Shown here: one piece after another, positions 10,440 through 19,893 of the stretch
Position numbering within the stretch: position 1 is the first letter of the stretch
Layout: every line of letters starts with the position of its first letter
NCBI GenBank assembly: GCA_964565945.1
Contig: CAZMGY010000034.1
Span: 1 to 32,000, forward strand
DNA: 32,000 nucleotides
Reading direction: 5' to 3'
From: an uncultured bacterium
GTDB taxonomy: Bacteria; GCA-001730085
The notes under the pieces: model-generated
Database searches by the model: none
Seen by the model: the letters and a program-made list of their open reading frames with translations, nothing else
What the model was told of the DNA's origin: nothing
Position numbers and translations under genes: made by a program

Positions 10440-11138
10440 GTGATTGCCAAGAAAAAGTTGATTGCTGTTGTCGATGATGAGCGAGATATTTTAGAGCTTA
10501 TCGAAATTCACCTTGAAGCTGCAGGTTATGCTGTTGAAACCTTTGAAGACGTTCTTTCTTTTTATCAGTTTTTGAAAAAACGGATTCCCGATTTGGTTGT
10601 TCTAGACTTAATGTTGCCTGGCTATGATGGTCTGGATGTTTGCAAGGACTTGCTTGGAGAGCGACGTTACAAATATATTCCTTTGATTATGGTGACGGCC
10701 AAAGGTACAGAAACAGATCGCGTGTTAGGTCTCGAATTAGGTGCCGATGATTATGTGACTAAGCCGTTTGCTCCAAGAGAACTTGTGGCTCGCGTAAAAA
10801 GTTTGCTCAGACGGACTCAGTTGGCGGCTGTGATCGAAGAGAAAGATGTTCTTAATATCGAAGGTGAGCTTGTGATTGATTTGAAGCGCTATGAGGTTTC
10901 TCGCAAAGGGAAAAAATTAGACTTGACAATCACCGAATTTAAAATTATCACCATGTTTGCTCAAAGGCCAGGTATTGTGTTTTCGAGAGATGAAGTTTTA
11001 AATCATTTGTGGGGTGATGATAAAGCTGTTTTGGATCGCACGATTGATGTGCATATTCGCAATTTGAGAGAAAAACTTGGGGCTTCTGGAAAATTTGTTA
11101 AAAATGTTCGTGGAGTGGGCTACAAGTTAGACACATGA
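10440..11138 (+). CDS. phoB: OmpR/PhoB-family response regulator (phosphate regulon assignment by context)
   Basis: GTG start. Receiver domain (VVDDERDI, DLVVLDLMLPG, TAKG) and winged-helix C-terminus (VRGVGYKL). It lies directly upstream of a histidine kinase and the pst operon. Confidence 0.7.
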   Translation: MIAKKKLIAVVDDERDILELIEIHLEAAGYAVETFEDVLSFYQFLKKRIPDLVVLDLMLPGYDGLDVCKDLLGERRYKYIPLIMVTAKGTETDRVLGLELGADDYVTKPFAPRELVARVKSLLRRTQLAAVIEEKDVLNIEGELVIDLKRYEVSRKGKKLDLTITEFKIITMFAQRPGIVFSRDEVLNHLWGDDKAVLDRTIDVHIRNLREKLGASGKFVKNVRGVGYKLDT

Positions 11139-12457
11139 AATTCAAATCCCTTCAAAAAAGACCAAATCTCATTTTTGTCTATACCTTTGGGTTACTTGCT
11201 TTTTATTTGTTTTTGGTCGGGACTTTGCTAGAATTCTTTTCTGGTTTAAGTGATTCTTGGATTATAACACTTTTGTGTTTGTTGGTGATGGCTTACGTTG
11301 GAAGTGTATGGTTGGTACGCGCCCTTGTGATGATGTTGTTTTATTTTTTGCGCCACTTGTCTTATCGTGATCGTGCTGATATTGCCAAGCGCGGTGACCT
11401 TTTGGGGCGCTTTGGTTTGTGGTATTTGGACATGCAAGAAAAACTTTATATCCAAAAAAAAAGCTTAAAAGAGCAACAAAAAAGTTTTAGCTATTTTGTA
11501 GGGACTCTTAAAGAACCGATGTGTGTGTTGAATCATGAGGGTAAATTGATTTTATGGAACAAAGCATTTATGAATATTTTTGGCAAGATTGACTTGGAGC
11601 AGTTCTATTGGGAAATTTTGCGTGATCGAGACTTAAAAAGTTATGTTCAGCAATGTTTAAATGAGCGGGATATTGCTGACAAAAAGTTTTTGATTCAAGG
11701 ACGCGCGTTTTTATGCGGAACCAGTTTTAATCCAGATCACAAAGAGATGATTATTCTCTTGCGTGATATCACCGAGCTTTACCATTTGGATAAAGTTAAA
11801 AAAGACTTAGTGAGTAATGTGTCCCACGAACTTAAAACACCACTGACGGCGATTAAGGGTTTTACCGATACGCTTAGAGATATGGAAGAGGATAAGCAGA
11901 AGCAGCATTATTTGGATGTGATTGCGCGGCACGCTAATCGTTTAGATCGCATTATTGCCGACTTGTTGCTTTTGTCCGAAGTGGAGCAAGATATCGAAGT
12001 GGACCAACAAGATGTTGATTTGCAAGAGTTGTTGTCGTTTGTGTTTGAGATGTTTGCCAAAAAAGCTGAAGCGAAAAATTTGCAATACATTCTTGATATT
12101 GAAGGCGATTTGCCTTTGATTAAGGGGGATGTTTTTCATTTAGAACAAGCTTTTATCAATTTGATTGATAATGCAATCAAATATACTGAGCAAGGGCAGG
12201 TGTGTGTGCGGCTGATTGCTCAGTCTAATTCGGTGCAGGTGGACATTGAAGATACAGGCTTGGGAATCCCTGAACAAGATGTTCATCGCATTTTTGAACG
12301 TTTTTATATGGTGGACAAATCTCGTTCACGTCGTGTTGGGGGAACGGGACTTGGTTTATCGATTGTTAAGACGATTTTAAGCCGTCAACGTGCTGGGATT
12401 GAGCTTAAAAGTGAGCTTGGCAAAGGAACTTTAATTAGAATTAATTTTTCCTTGTAA
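11135..12457 (+). CDS. phoR: sensor histidine kinase, PhoR-like (2 TM, PAS-like, HisKA, HATPase)
   Basis: ATGA overlap with the regulator gene. Hydrophobic N-terminus, H-box SHELKTPLTAIKGF, N-box LIDNAIKYT and G-boxes DTGLGI / GGTGLGLSI. Confidence 0.7.
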   Translation: MKFKSLQKRPNLIFVYTFGLLAFYLFLVGTLLEFFSGLSDSWIITLLCLLVMAYVGSVWLVRALVMMLFYFLRHLSYRDRADIAKRGDLLGRFGLWYLDMQEKLYIQKKSLKEQQKSFSYFVGTLKEPMCVLNHEGKLILWNKAFMNIFGKIDLEQFYWEILRDRDLKSYVQQCLNERDIADKKFLIQGRAFLCGTSFNPDHKEMIILLRDITELYHLDKVKKDLVSNVSHELKTPLTAIKGFTDTLRDMEEDKQKQHYLDVIARHANRLDRIIADLLLLSEVEQDIEVDQQDVDLQELLSFVFEMFAKKAEAKNLQYILDIEGDLPLIKGDVFHLEQAFINLIDNAIKYTEQGQVCVRLIAQSNSVQVDIEDTGLGIPEQDVHRIFERFYMVDKSRSRRVGGTGLGLSIVKTILSRQRAGIELKSELGKGTLIRINFSL

Positions 12458-12508
12458 ATATCTTTGTTTAAATGAATTATATATTAATTGAAAATTATTA
12501 ATAATCTT

Positions 12509-12538
12509 CTATCATTTTAAGAATGATTTTGGTAGAAT
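12509..12538 (+). promoter_or_regulatory. candidate promoter for the porin-pst unit: extended -10 TGgTAGAAT preceded by a CTATCAT Pho-box-like half-site
   Basis: TG at 12530-12531 and TAGAAT at 12533-12538. There is no good -35. CTATCAT at 12509-12515 has one mismatch to the E. coli Pho-box half-site CTGTCAT. ATCATT/AATGAT form a palindrome at 12511-12527. Confidence 0.3.
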
Positions 12539-12645
12539 AAAACAATCGTTTATTTCTTTATTTCTTGAGGGTTTAAACGAGGAATGTAGCAAGTTAGTTT
12601 TAAAGCGATTAAACCGTAATAAATAATAGAAATGGAGTGGTATAG

Positions 12646-13926
12646 ATGCTTTTCGGTAGGAACATTGGTCGACAATTAACCTTAATGTGTATGATTTTAA
12701 TCGGGACGAGTGCTGTCTCCTCTGCTGCTACAGTTTCCGAAATGGATGTGTTGCTCAGTTCGCTTGTTCGAAAAGGTGTTCTCACAGCCAAAGAAGCCTC
12801 TAATATTCGCCTAGAGACCAGAAAATTAGTCGAAGCTCAAGGTCGTGCATTTATCCACAAGGCCAAGAAAGAAATTAAAGTTCCCGAAGCCAGCAAAACC
12901 AAGTCCGATGTTTCTAAATGGGTTAAAAAAATGAAGTTTGGCGGGGATTTACGTGTTCGTTTTCAGGGAGAGGATAAAGGTGATCGTGATCGCGAACGGA
13001 CTCGTTTACGTTTACGTTTGAAATCGACAGCGACAATTAACGATCAATTGTCAGTCGGCATGCGCTTGGCCACTGGGGGTGATGATCCTCGTTCGACCAA
13101 TCAAACCTTTCAAAATATGTTTAGCCCCAAAAGTATTAAGCTTGATCGGGCTTTTGTCGAATACAAGCCAATCAAAAATGTGGCGATTTATGCGGGTAAA
13201 TTTGGGAAGACCTTTTTCAAATCATCGGGCATGTTGTGGGATGATGACTTGAACTTCGAAGGGGCGGCTGTTCAGTATAAAACCAAATTCGACAATGGTG
13301 TTAAAGTTGGTATCAATTCTGGTTACTACATTTTGGATGATCACACGGATGACGATTCGATCATGTTGATGTTTCAACCAACGGCCAAGTGGAAAATTAA
13401 TGATAAAATCACGTGGAAACTGGGTATTGGTTACTTAACTTTTAAAAACCTTAAGGGACAGAACTTGAAGTCGTTAGCGACGGATTCGGATATTGGTGGA
13501 GGTAATACCCTTAATCTTGCTGGAGATTTGGCGTATGACTACGATGCTTTTATCTTAAGCTCGGAAGTGGTTCTTAAGATAGAAGCTATGCCACGGATTG
13601 CGATCGTGAAAGAATATGTGAAGGCGTCAGATTCAGGAGATATTGCGTTTGCATTTGGATTTAAAGTTGGAGACAAGAAAGTGAAAAAGAAAGGTCAATG
13701 GCAAGCCTCTTATGAATACCGCAAAATTGAAGCCGACGCTTTCTTTGCGGGCTTTCCTGATTCCGACTTTTTTGGTGGGGATACAGGTGTTAAAGGTTAC
13801 AAACTTGCTTTTAAATACGGCATGGTCGATAATGCGACTTTAGGCATGACGTATTACAAAACTGAGGAAATTGACGGAAATACAGAAGAGGATCTTTTCC
13901 AAGCTGATCTTGTTCTCGGGTTTTAA
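12646..13926 (+). CDS. outer-membrane porin, probably phosphate-selective (OprO/OprP-like) by context
   Basis: Signal peptide (ILIGTSAVSSAATV). Alternating beta-strand pattern, including RLRLRLKS and a terminal aromatic ...LVLGF. GGAG ribosome-binding site. It sits between phoR and pstS. Confidence 0.65.
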   Translation: MLFGRNIGRQLTLMCMILIGTSAVSSAATVSEMDVLLSSLVRKGVLTAKEASNIRLETRKLVEAQGRAFIHKAKKEIKVPEASKTKSDVSKWVKKMKFGGDLRVRFQGEDKGDRDRERTRLRLRLKSTATINDQLSVGMRLATGGDDPRSTNQTFQNMFSPKSIKLDRAFVEYKPIKNVAIYAGKFGKTFFKSSGMLWDDDLNFEGAAVQYKTKFDNGVKVGINSGYYILDDHTDDDSIMLMFQPTAKWKINDKITWKLGIGYLTFKNLKGQNLKSLATDSDIGGGNTLNLAGDLAYDYDAFILSSEVVLKIEAMPRIAIVKEYVKASDSGDIAFAFGFKVGDKKVKKKGQWQASYEYRKIEADAFFAGFPDSDFFGGDTGVKGYKLAFKYGMVDNATLGMTYYKTEEIDGNTEEDLFQADLVLGF

Positions 13927-13963
13927 ATTAAACACAAGATAATAAATGAGAGGAATGGTTCTT

Positions 13964-15019
13964 ATGAGATTAGTGTTTAAGTGTTGTTTAGAACGGTGGC
14001 TTGTTGCTGTAATGGCAGTGAGTGCGCTCTTGTCTGGTGTTGCTTATGCTGATGATATTTTGGGGGCGGGGGCTTCTTTTCCTTATCCTCTCTATTCGAA
14101 AATGTTTCATGAATACGCCGAGAAAACTGGTAAAAAAGTTAACTATCAGGCAATTGGTTCTGGAGGTGGTCAACGTCAAGTTATCAACAAAACTGTTGAC
14201 TTTGGTGCTTCGGACAAGTTTATGAAGGATTCCAAGCTGAAAAAGCTCGATGCGATTTTGTTGCATGTACCCACATGTTTGGGTGCGGTGGTTGTGACCT
14301 ATAATATTCCAGGTAGCCCACGCATCAACCTAACGCAAGAAGCTTTGGCTGAAATCTTTTTGGGTAAAATTAAGAAGTGGAATGATCCTAAACTAATAAG
14401 AAGCAATCCGGGTATTGCTTTGCCTGATATGAGCATTCTGGTTGTTCATCGTTCGGATAGCAGTGGAACATCCTTCATCTTCACGGACTTTTTGACTAAA
14501 GTGAACAAAGAGTGGGCAGATAAAGTGGGTTGTGGAAAGTCAGTTAACTGGCCGATAGGTTTGGGTGGAAAGAAAAATGCAGGCGTTGCTGCCTATGTGA
14601 AACAAGTTCCGGGTAGCATAGGTTATGTGGAATTGGCATATACCTTAAGTAATAATCTTTCTCAAGCACGGGTTGAAAATAAATCTGGAAATTTCATTAA
14701 GCCTACGGTACTATTTACGGCGTTGGCTGGTGATGTAGAAATCCCTGCTGACACACGTGTGACTTTGACCAATACAAATGCTTTAAATGGTTATCCGATT
14801 GCTGGATTCACATGGTTGTTGCTCTATAAAGAACAGAACTATGCTGGACGGACAAAGCAACAAGCGCAAGAGTTGGTTGACTTGATGTGGTGGATGATCC
14901 ATGAAGGTCAAGAGTTAGCTGAGCCATTGCATTATGTTCCTTTGTCGGAAAGAGCTCGTTCAAAAGCCATCGCTATTTTGCGTTCGATTACATATAACGG
15001 GACGCCATTGATGAATTAA
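13964..15019 (+). CDS. pstS: phosphate ABC transporter substrate-binding protein
   Basis: Signal peptide followed by GAGASFPYPLY and AIGSGGG motifs. The start at 13964 is preferred because GAGAGGA lies 9 nt upstream. The ORF-track start at 13946 is the alternative. Confidence 0.88.
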   Translation: MRLVFKCCLERWLVAVMAVSALLSGVAYADDILGAGASFPYPLYSKMFHEYAEKTGKKVNYQAIGSGGGQRQVINKTVDFGASDKFMKDSKLKKLDAILLHVPTCLGAVVVTYNIPGSPRINLTQEALAEIFLGKIKKWNDPKLIRSNPGIALPDMSILVVHRSDSSGTSFIFTDFLTKVNKEWADKVGCGKSVNWPIGLGGKKNAGVAAYVKQVPGSIGYVELAYTLSNNLSQARVENKSGNFIKPTVLFTALAGDVEIPADTRVTLTNTNALNGYPIAGFTWLLLYKEQNYAGRTKQQAQELVDLMWWMIHEGQELAEPLHYVPLSERARSKAIAILRSITYNGTPLMN

Positions 15020-15073
15020 GTTTAGTTAGTTGAAGTTGTGTGAAAGTAGATTAACAAGGGGCTTTAGGTAAAA

Positions 15074-15952
15074 ATGGGTATAGGTGGAGAGAGCCTTTTA
15101 AGACGATTTGTGTTTTTTTCGGGCGTATCCATTTTGATTGTTGTGAGTCTTTTTGCGAGTACGCTGTTTTGGAAAGCTTTGCCCGCGATTCAAACTTTTG
15201 GCTTTCCCTTTTTGGGTGGCCAAGAGTGGGATCCCGTGATGGACTCCTTTGGTGCTGCACCTTTCCTTGTGGGGACGCTCCTTACGTCTTTTTTAGCCCT
15301 TCTTATGGCAATTCCTCTTTCCTTGGCATTGGGTATTGTGCTTGGTGAGTATTTTAGAGAGGGGATTATATCGCAATTCTTTCGTAGCTTGATTGAGTTG
15401 TTGGCGGGTATCCCTTCGGTGATTTATGGCTTTTGGGGCTTATTGGTTCTGGTACCATTGGTGCGAAGTATCGAAATCAAATTAGGCATTATGCCTTATG
15501 GTGTTGGTATTTTCACCTCGTCGATCATTTTGGCTGTGATGATCATTCCTTTTTCAGCCTCCATGGCTCGCGAGATGATTAACTTAGTTCCGACGGAGTA
15601 TAAAGAAGCTGCGATTGCTTTGGGTGCTACCCGTTTTGAAATGATTTGGAAGGTGCTGCTTCCTTATGCACGTTCGGGTATCTTTGTGGGTTTTATGTTG
15701 GCTCTAGGTCGTGCCTTGGGCGAAACCATGGCTGTGACCATGCTGATTGGTAATAATAATAACTTTCCAAGCAGTATCTTTAGTCTGGGCAATACGATGT
15801 CGAGTTTGATTGCCAATGAGTTTGCCGAAGCTTCTGATGATTTGTATTTGTCGGCTTTGATTGAGATTGGTTTGATTTTATTTGTGGTAACCACTGTGAT
15901 TAACATTGTTGGTAAGTACATTACGAAAAAGTTAAGTGTGAGGTCTGTCTGA
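15074..15952 (+). CDS. pstC: phosphate ABC transporter permease PstC
   Basis: 292 aa, polytopic. EAA-type loop YKEAAIALGATRFEMIWKVLLP. Confidence 0.88.
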   Translation: MGIGGESLLRRFVFFSGVSILIVVSLFASTLFWKALPAIQTFGFPFLGGQEWDPVMDSFGAAPFLVGTLLTSFLALLMAIPLSLALGIVLGEYFREGIISQFFRSLIELLAGIPSVIYGFWGLLVLVPLVRSIEIKLGIMPYGVGIFTSSIILAVMIIPFSASMAREMINLVPTEYKEAAIALGATRFEMIWKVLLPYARSGIFVGFMLALGRALGETMAVTMLIGNNNNFPSSIFSLGNTMSSLIANEFAEASDDLYLSALIEIGLILFVVTTVINIVGKYITKKLSVRSV

Positions 15953-16800
15953 TGGATCGTACTTTAGCTATTCGCAAAATCAAAAACCAGCTCTTTTTTG
16001 GTATTATTTTAGGTCTTTCCTTGTGTCTGCTGGTTCCATTGGTTTTGATTTTTTATTATGTGACCGTGCGCGGTTTTAAGGCGATTAACTGGGGGTTTTT
16101 TATTAATCTGCCTACACCTGTTGGAGAGACGGGAGGAGGGATCTTTAATGCTATTTTAGGTTCGTTTTATATTGTTGCTATGGCATGTCTGATCGCTATT
16201 CCTTGGGGAATGAGTACTGGAATTTTTCTTTATGATGCTCAAGAAAATTCACGTTTGGCTTATTGGGTTCGCTTATGTGTTGATGTTTTGCAGGCGACAC
16301 CTTCGATTGTGGTAGGAATTGTGGCGTATGTGTGGTTGGTGCTGCCGATGAAAACTTTCTCGGCCATTGCGGGGAGTTTTACCCTAGCGATTTTGATGAT
16401 GCCGATGATTGTGCGGGCGACGGAAGAAACCTTGCATTTGATTCCTAATACCTTAAAAGAAGCCTCTCTTGCTTTAGGTGTGCCTTATTATCGCACCTTA
16501 TTTAAGGTGATGATTCCTTCGGGTCTCAGTGGTATTTTAAGTGGTATTTTGCTAGGGGTTGCACGAACCATGGGTGAGACAGCACCATTGTTGTTTACGG
16601 CTTTTGGCAGCCCTTATTTGGTGCATAATGTTCTTAAGCCTATGGGCTCTTTGCCTTTATTGATTTTTAATTACGCGATGAGTCCTTATGAAGATTGGCA
16701 CACATTGGCGTGGGGTGCTTCGTTTATACTGATCCTGTTTGTTTTATTGATAAATCTTTTGATAAAGGTAGTGACACGGCGATGGAACGTCAAGTTTTAA
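15952..16800 (+). CDS. pstA: phosphate ABC transporter permease PstA
   Basis: 282 aa, polytopic. EAA-type loop [27 protein letters not shown] overlap with pstC. Confidence 0.88.
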   Translation: MDRTLAIRKIKNQLFFGIILGLSLCLLVPLVLIFYYVTVRGFKAINWGFFINLPTPVGETGGGIFNAILGSFYIVAMACLIAIPWGMSTGIFLYDAQENSRLAYWVRLCVDVLQATPSIVVGIVAYVWLVLPMKTFSAIAGSFTLAILMMPMIVRATEETLHLIPNTLKEASLALGVPYYRTLFKVMIPSGLSGILSGILLGVARTMGETAPLLFTAFGSPYLVHNVLKPMGSLPLLIFNYAMSPYEDWHTLAWGASFILILFVLLINLLIKVVTRRWNVKF

Positions 16801-16877
16801 ATGGTCCCCAAGTTGGGAGAATGGATTTAGATTCTTTGATGGCTAGTGAACCTCTTAAACAAGGTAGCGAGGCGAAG

Positions 16878-17639
16878 ATGGAACGTGAAGTTTTGAAAGT
16901 CAAAAATTTAAAGGCTTTTTTTGGAAATAATCAAATTCTCAATGGAATTGAGATGTCATTTTTCGAAAATAAAGCCACGGCTATTATGGGTCCTTCTGGC
17001 TGTGGAAAGACCACGTTGATTCGTTGTATTAATCGCATGCATGAACTGAATAGTAATGCTAAAACAACTGGTGAAATCATTTTGCATGGTCAAAATACTT
17101 TGGAGATGGATACCATTTTGGTGCGTCGTAAAATAGGTATGGTTTTTCAGCGTCCCAATCCTTTTCCGACCATGAGCATTTATGAAAATGTGTTAGCTGG
17201 TTACATCTTGAATGGAATTAAGAAGTCCAAAGAGGATAAAGATCAAATTGTTCAAGAGGCTTTGGAGAAGGCAGCCTTGTGGAACGAAGTGAAGGATTCT
17301 TTGCATCATCGTAAGGGGACGTTTTTGTCGGGTGGACAGCAACAACGTTTGTGCATTGCACGTTCTTTGGCAATGAAGACCGATATTTTGTTGCTAGATG
17401 AGCCTACGTCGGCTTTGGATCCACGTGCAACGGCAAGTATTGAAAATCTTATTGAAGAGCTTAAAAAAAGTGTGACGATCATTATCGTGACTCATAATAT
17501 GAGTCAAGCTGCGCGTGTGACAGATTACACTGCGTTTTTGTACGAGGGTGATTTGATTGAGTTTGGAGAAACTAAAAAAGTATTTACCGTGCCAAAGAAC
17601 AAAATGACTGAAGAGTACTTGGCTGGTAAGTTTGGATAA
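16878..17639 (+). CDS. pstB: phosphate ABC transporter ATP-binding protein
   Basis: Walker [10 protein letters not shown], signature LSGGQQQRL and Walker [12 protein letters not shown]. Starting at 16878 gives a canonical 253 aa with GAGG 5 nt upstream. In-frame ATGs at 16782 and 16695 would overlap pstA. Confidence 0.88.
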   Translation: MEREVLKVKNLKAFFGNNQILNGIEMSFFENKATAIMGPSGCGKTTLIRCINRMHELNSNAKTTGEIILHGQNTLEMDTILVRRKIGMVFQRPNPFPTMSIYENVLAGYILNGIKKSKEDKDQIVQEALEKAALWNEVKDSLHHRKGTFLSGGQQQRLCIARSLAMKTDILLLDEPTSALDPRATASIENLIEELKKSVTIIIVTHNMSQAARVTDYTAFLYEGDLIEFGETKKVFTVPKNKMTEEYLAGKFG

Positions 17640-17646
17640 ATTTTGA

Positions 17647-18294
17647 ATGTTAAATGAAAAAATCATACAACTGAAAAAAAGCTTTGTTGAATATTCTGAT
17701 TTAGTTGAAGATACTCTGCAAAAAGTTCACAGCGGTGTATGTGAACGGAAATCCGATGATTTGCGCGATGTGATTGAAAATGACGAGCCGCAAATTAATG
17801 ATAAAGAGATCGAAATTGATGAATTGTGTATGAGTATGATTGCTCAGTTTCAACCTAAAGCCAAAAATTTGCGCACCATTGTGATGATCACCAAAATCAA
17901 CAATGATCTCGAGCGTATTGGAGATCAAGCGGTTAACATTGCTCAGAGCGGTTTGTATTTGCTAAGCCACGAAATCTTTTTGATGATGGTTAATTTTTCC
18001 GATATTATTAATCAGGTGATTTCAATGTATCGCGACAGTATCCAAGCGTTCATTCAAGAGGACGCTGATTTGGCGAGGCAGGTTTTGGACAAAGATGCCG
18101 TTATCGATAGTTTTAATCGCAATGTTTATCATAAACTTAAAGGAGAAATGAAAGAAGATCCACAGGTGGTTTCTCCAGCTCTCCAAATCATGCGCATTGC
18201 GCGCAATCTTGAGCGTATTGCTGATCACGCCACTAACATTGCCGAAGACGTTGTTTATGTCGTCGAAGGCCGCGTTCTAAAACATGGTTATTAA
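17647..18294 (+). CDS. phoU: phosphate signalling complex protein PhoU
   Basis: 215 aa. Two PhoU repeats with ERIGDQAVNIA and ERIADHATNIAED. Confidence 0.88.
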   Translation: MLNEKIIQLKKSFVEYSDLVEDTLQKVHSGVCERKSDDLRDVIENDEPQINDKEIEIDELCMSMIAQFQPKAKNLRTIVMITKINNDLERIGDQAVNIAQSGLYLLSHEIFLMMVNFSDIINQVISMYRDSIQAFIQEDADLARQVLDKDAVIDSFNRNVYHKLKGEMKEDPQVVSPALQIMRIARNLERIADHATNIAEDVVYVVEGRVLKHGY

Positions 18295-18386
18295 GGTCGG
18301 GATTATTTTTTCGTTACATTATTCCTTCTCGCAGTGAGATTTTTTATTATTTGTTTTTTTTTGTCATCCCGTGGATAACGCTCTTT

Positions 18387-19694
18387 TTAAATATCTCGAA
18401 TGAGAGTGTTCGCTTTAATCGCTCCAGAGGCTTTTTGCCAGATTTTAAGGGTGGCTTGAATCGATGCGATTGATTCATGGATAGGAGTGGGTATGTCGTT
18501 GCGACCGTGCTGATTCAACTTAAAATAAACAGATGTGATGGTCAGTTTGGCTGGATTTTGAGACACCACATAACCTTCGTAAGGATTGTCGGTGTGGTGA
18601 ATTAGCTTGGTTTGCACAAGGCATTTTAAGCCATGTTGCAAAACGTCGTTGGGGAGTTGCAAAGCGTTCTCAAGTTGTTGGGAACTGACACTGCCGTGAC
18701 CTTCTTCGAAGGCTTTGATTGTTTCTTGAAGGATACGAATAGCCACCACACTTTGTGTGTCGGTGCTAAGGCTTAACGATCCAGAAGATTGATAATCGAG
18801 TGTCCGAAAGTGCTGGAAGGTAAAAGCGATTTCGGCGCCGACGAAAACTAAGATCCAACTGAGTTGCAACCAAATCAAAAAGAAAGGAATGGCGGCAAAG
18901 CTACCATAAATAGCTCCATAGTGGCTGACAAGCACTTGCGCTTGAATGAAAAAAGTTTGGACCATTTGATAGCCGATGGCTGCAATAATGCCTCCATACA
19001 AGGCATGGCGAAAACGGATAGGGGTGTTTGGAATTGTGATGTAAAGCAAGGTGAGAATGAAGGACATGATCATGAAAGGAATGATTCGGGCCGCTATGGC
19101 AATAATATCTGTCAAGATTTGTGTGTTGGCTAAGGATCCTGTACTTTGGACGAGCTGTGTTTTAACCACGACGGTTAAGCTACTAGCCACAATCAATAGA
19201 AAGGGACCTATGAACATAAAGGCCAGGTAGTTAACATAGCGACGGGCAAAAGGACGATTCTCTTGAATATGCCAGATATCTTGGAATGATTTTTCGATAT
19301 TTTCGAAAATTCTCATGATGGTCCACAACAAAATAAAGACACCGATTCCAGCAATTAGACCGCCTTTAACGTTATTGAGCATTGTGTGAGCAGAGTCCAT
19401 TACCTTGCTGGCGAAGACTTTATGATCTTTGAGGTTATCTAAAATGACATTTTGCAGAAGGTTTTCGAAGCCAAATCCTTTGGCTACACCAAAGGCAAGG
19501 GCAAAAATAGGTACAATGGCCATAAGAGTGTAGTAGGTTAAGGCTGAGGCCCGCATGTGGCATTTATCGTTGACAAACTCCTGAAAGGACCAGCAAATGA
19601 TTTTGAAGGTTTTGTAGAGCCATTGCTGTTGCTTGGGAATATTCTGCAAGGGTTGGCGGACTTTTTGTAAAAAAGATTGCACACACTGAATCAT
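18387..19694 (-). CDS. YihY/BrkB (former 'ribonuclease BN-like') family membrane protein with a soluble C-terminal extension of about 130 aa
   Basis: 435 aa. About 6 hydrophobic segments, with RASALTYYTLMAIVPIFAL near the N-terminus as is typical of YihY. The C-terminal third is hydrophilic. Confidence 0.65.
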   Translation of the reverse strand: MIQCVQSFLQKVRQPLQNIPKQQQWLYKTFKIICWSFQEFVNDKCHMRASALTYYTLMAIVPIFALAFGVAKGFGFENLLQNVILDNLKDHKVFASKVMDSAHTMLNNVKGGLIAGIGVFILLWTIMRIFENIEKSFQDIWHIQENRPFARRYVNYLAFMFIGPFLLIVASSLTVVVKTQLVQSTGSLANTQILTDIIAIAARIIPFMIMSFILTLLYITIPNTPIRFRHALYGGIIAAIGYQMVQTFFIQAQVLVSHYGAIYGSFAAIPFFLIWLQLSWILVFVGAEIAFTFQHFRTLDYQSSGSLSLSTDTQSVVAIRILQETIKAFEEGHGSVSSQQLENALQLPNDVLQHGLKCLVQTKLIHHTDNPYEGYVVSQNPAKLTITSVYFKLNQHGRNDIPTPIHESIASIQATLKIWQKASGAIKANTLIRDI

Positions 19695-19893
19695 AATCCT
19701 AAGTGTAGCATATTTTTTTATAAATCGTCATGTGAGAGCCGTTGCATTGGTTATTGTAAGTTCAGATAAGTTAGGATCACGGGATATTCTTATTAGTCCA
19801 TGGTCAAGCCAAGGGATGATAATTTAAAATGGTGGAGCTGTTTTGAAATAAAACAAAAACAATGCCACCCAAGGAATATGTCGATAAGCCTAT

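Noticed and set aside
16695-16877. N-terminal extensions in the ORF track: pstB from 16695, ilvB from 4542, topB from 22326, the grx-like gene from 22295 and pstS from 13946.
   Set aside because: The extensions overlap upstream genes or predicted promoters and lack ribosome-binding sites. Internal ATGs with good Shine-Dalgarno spacing give canonical protein lengths and N-termini.
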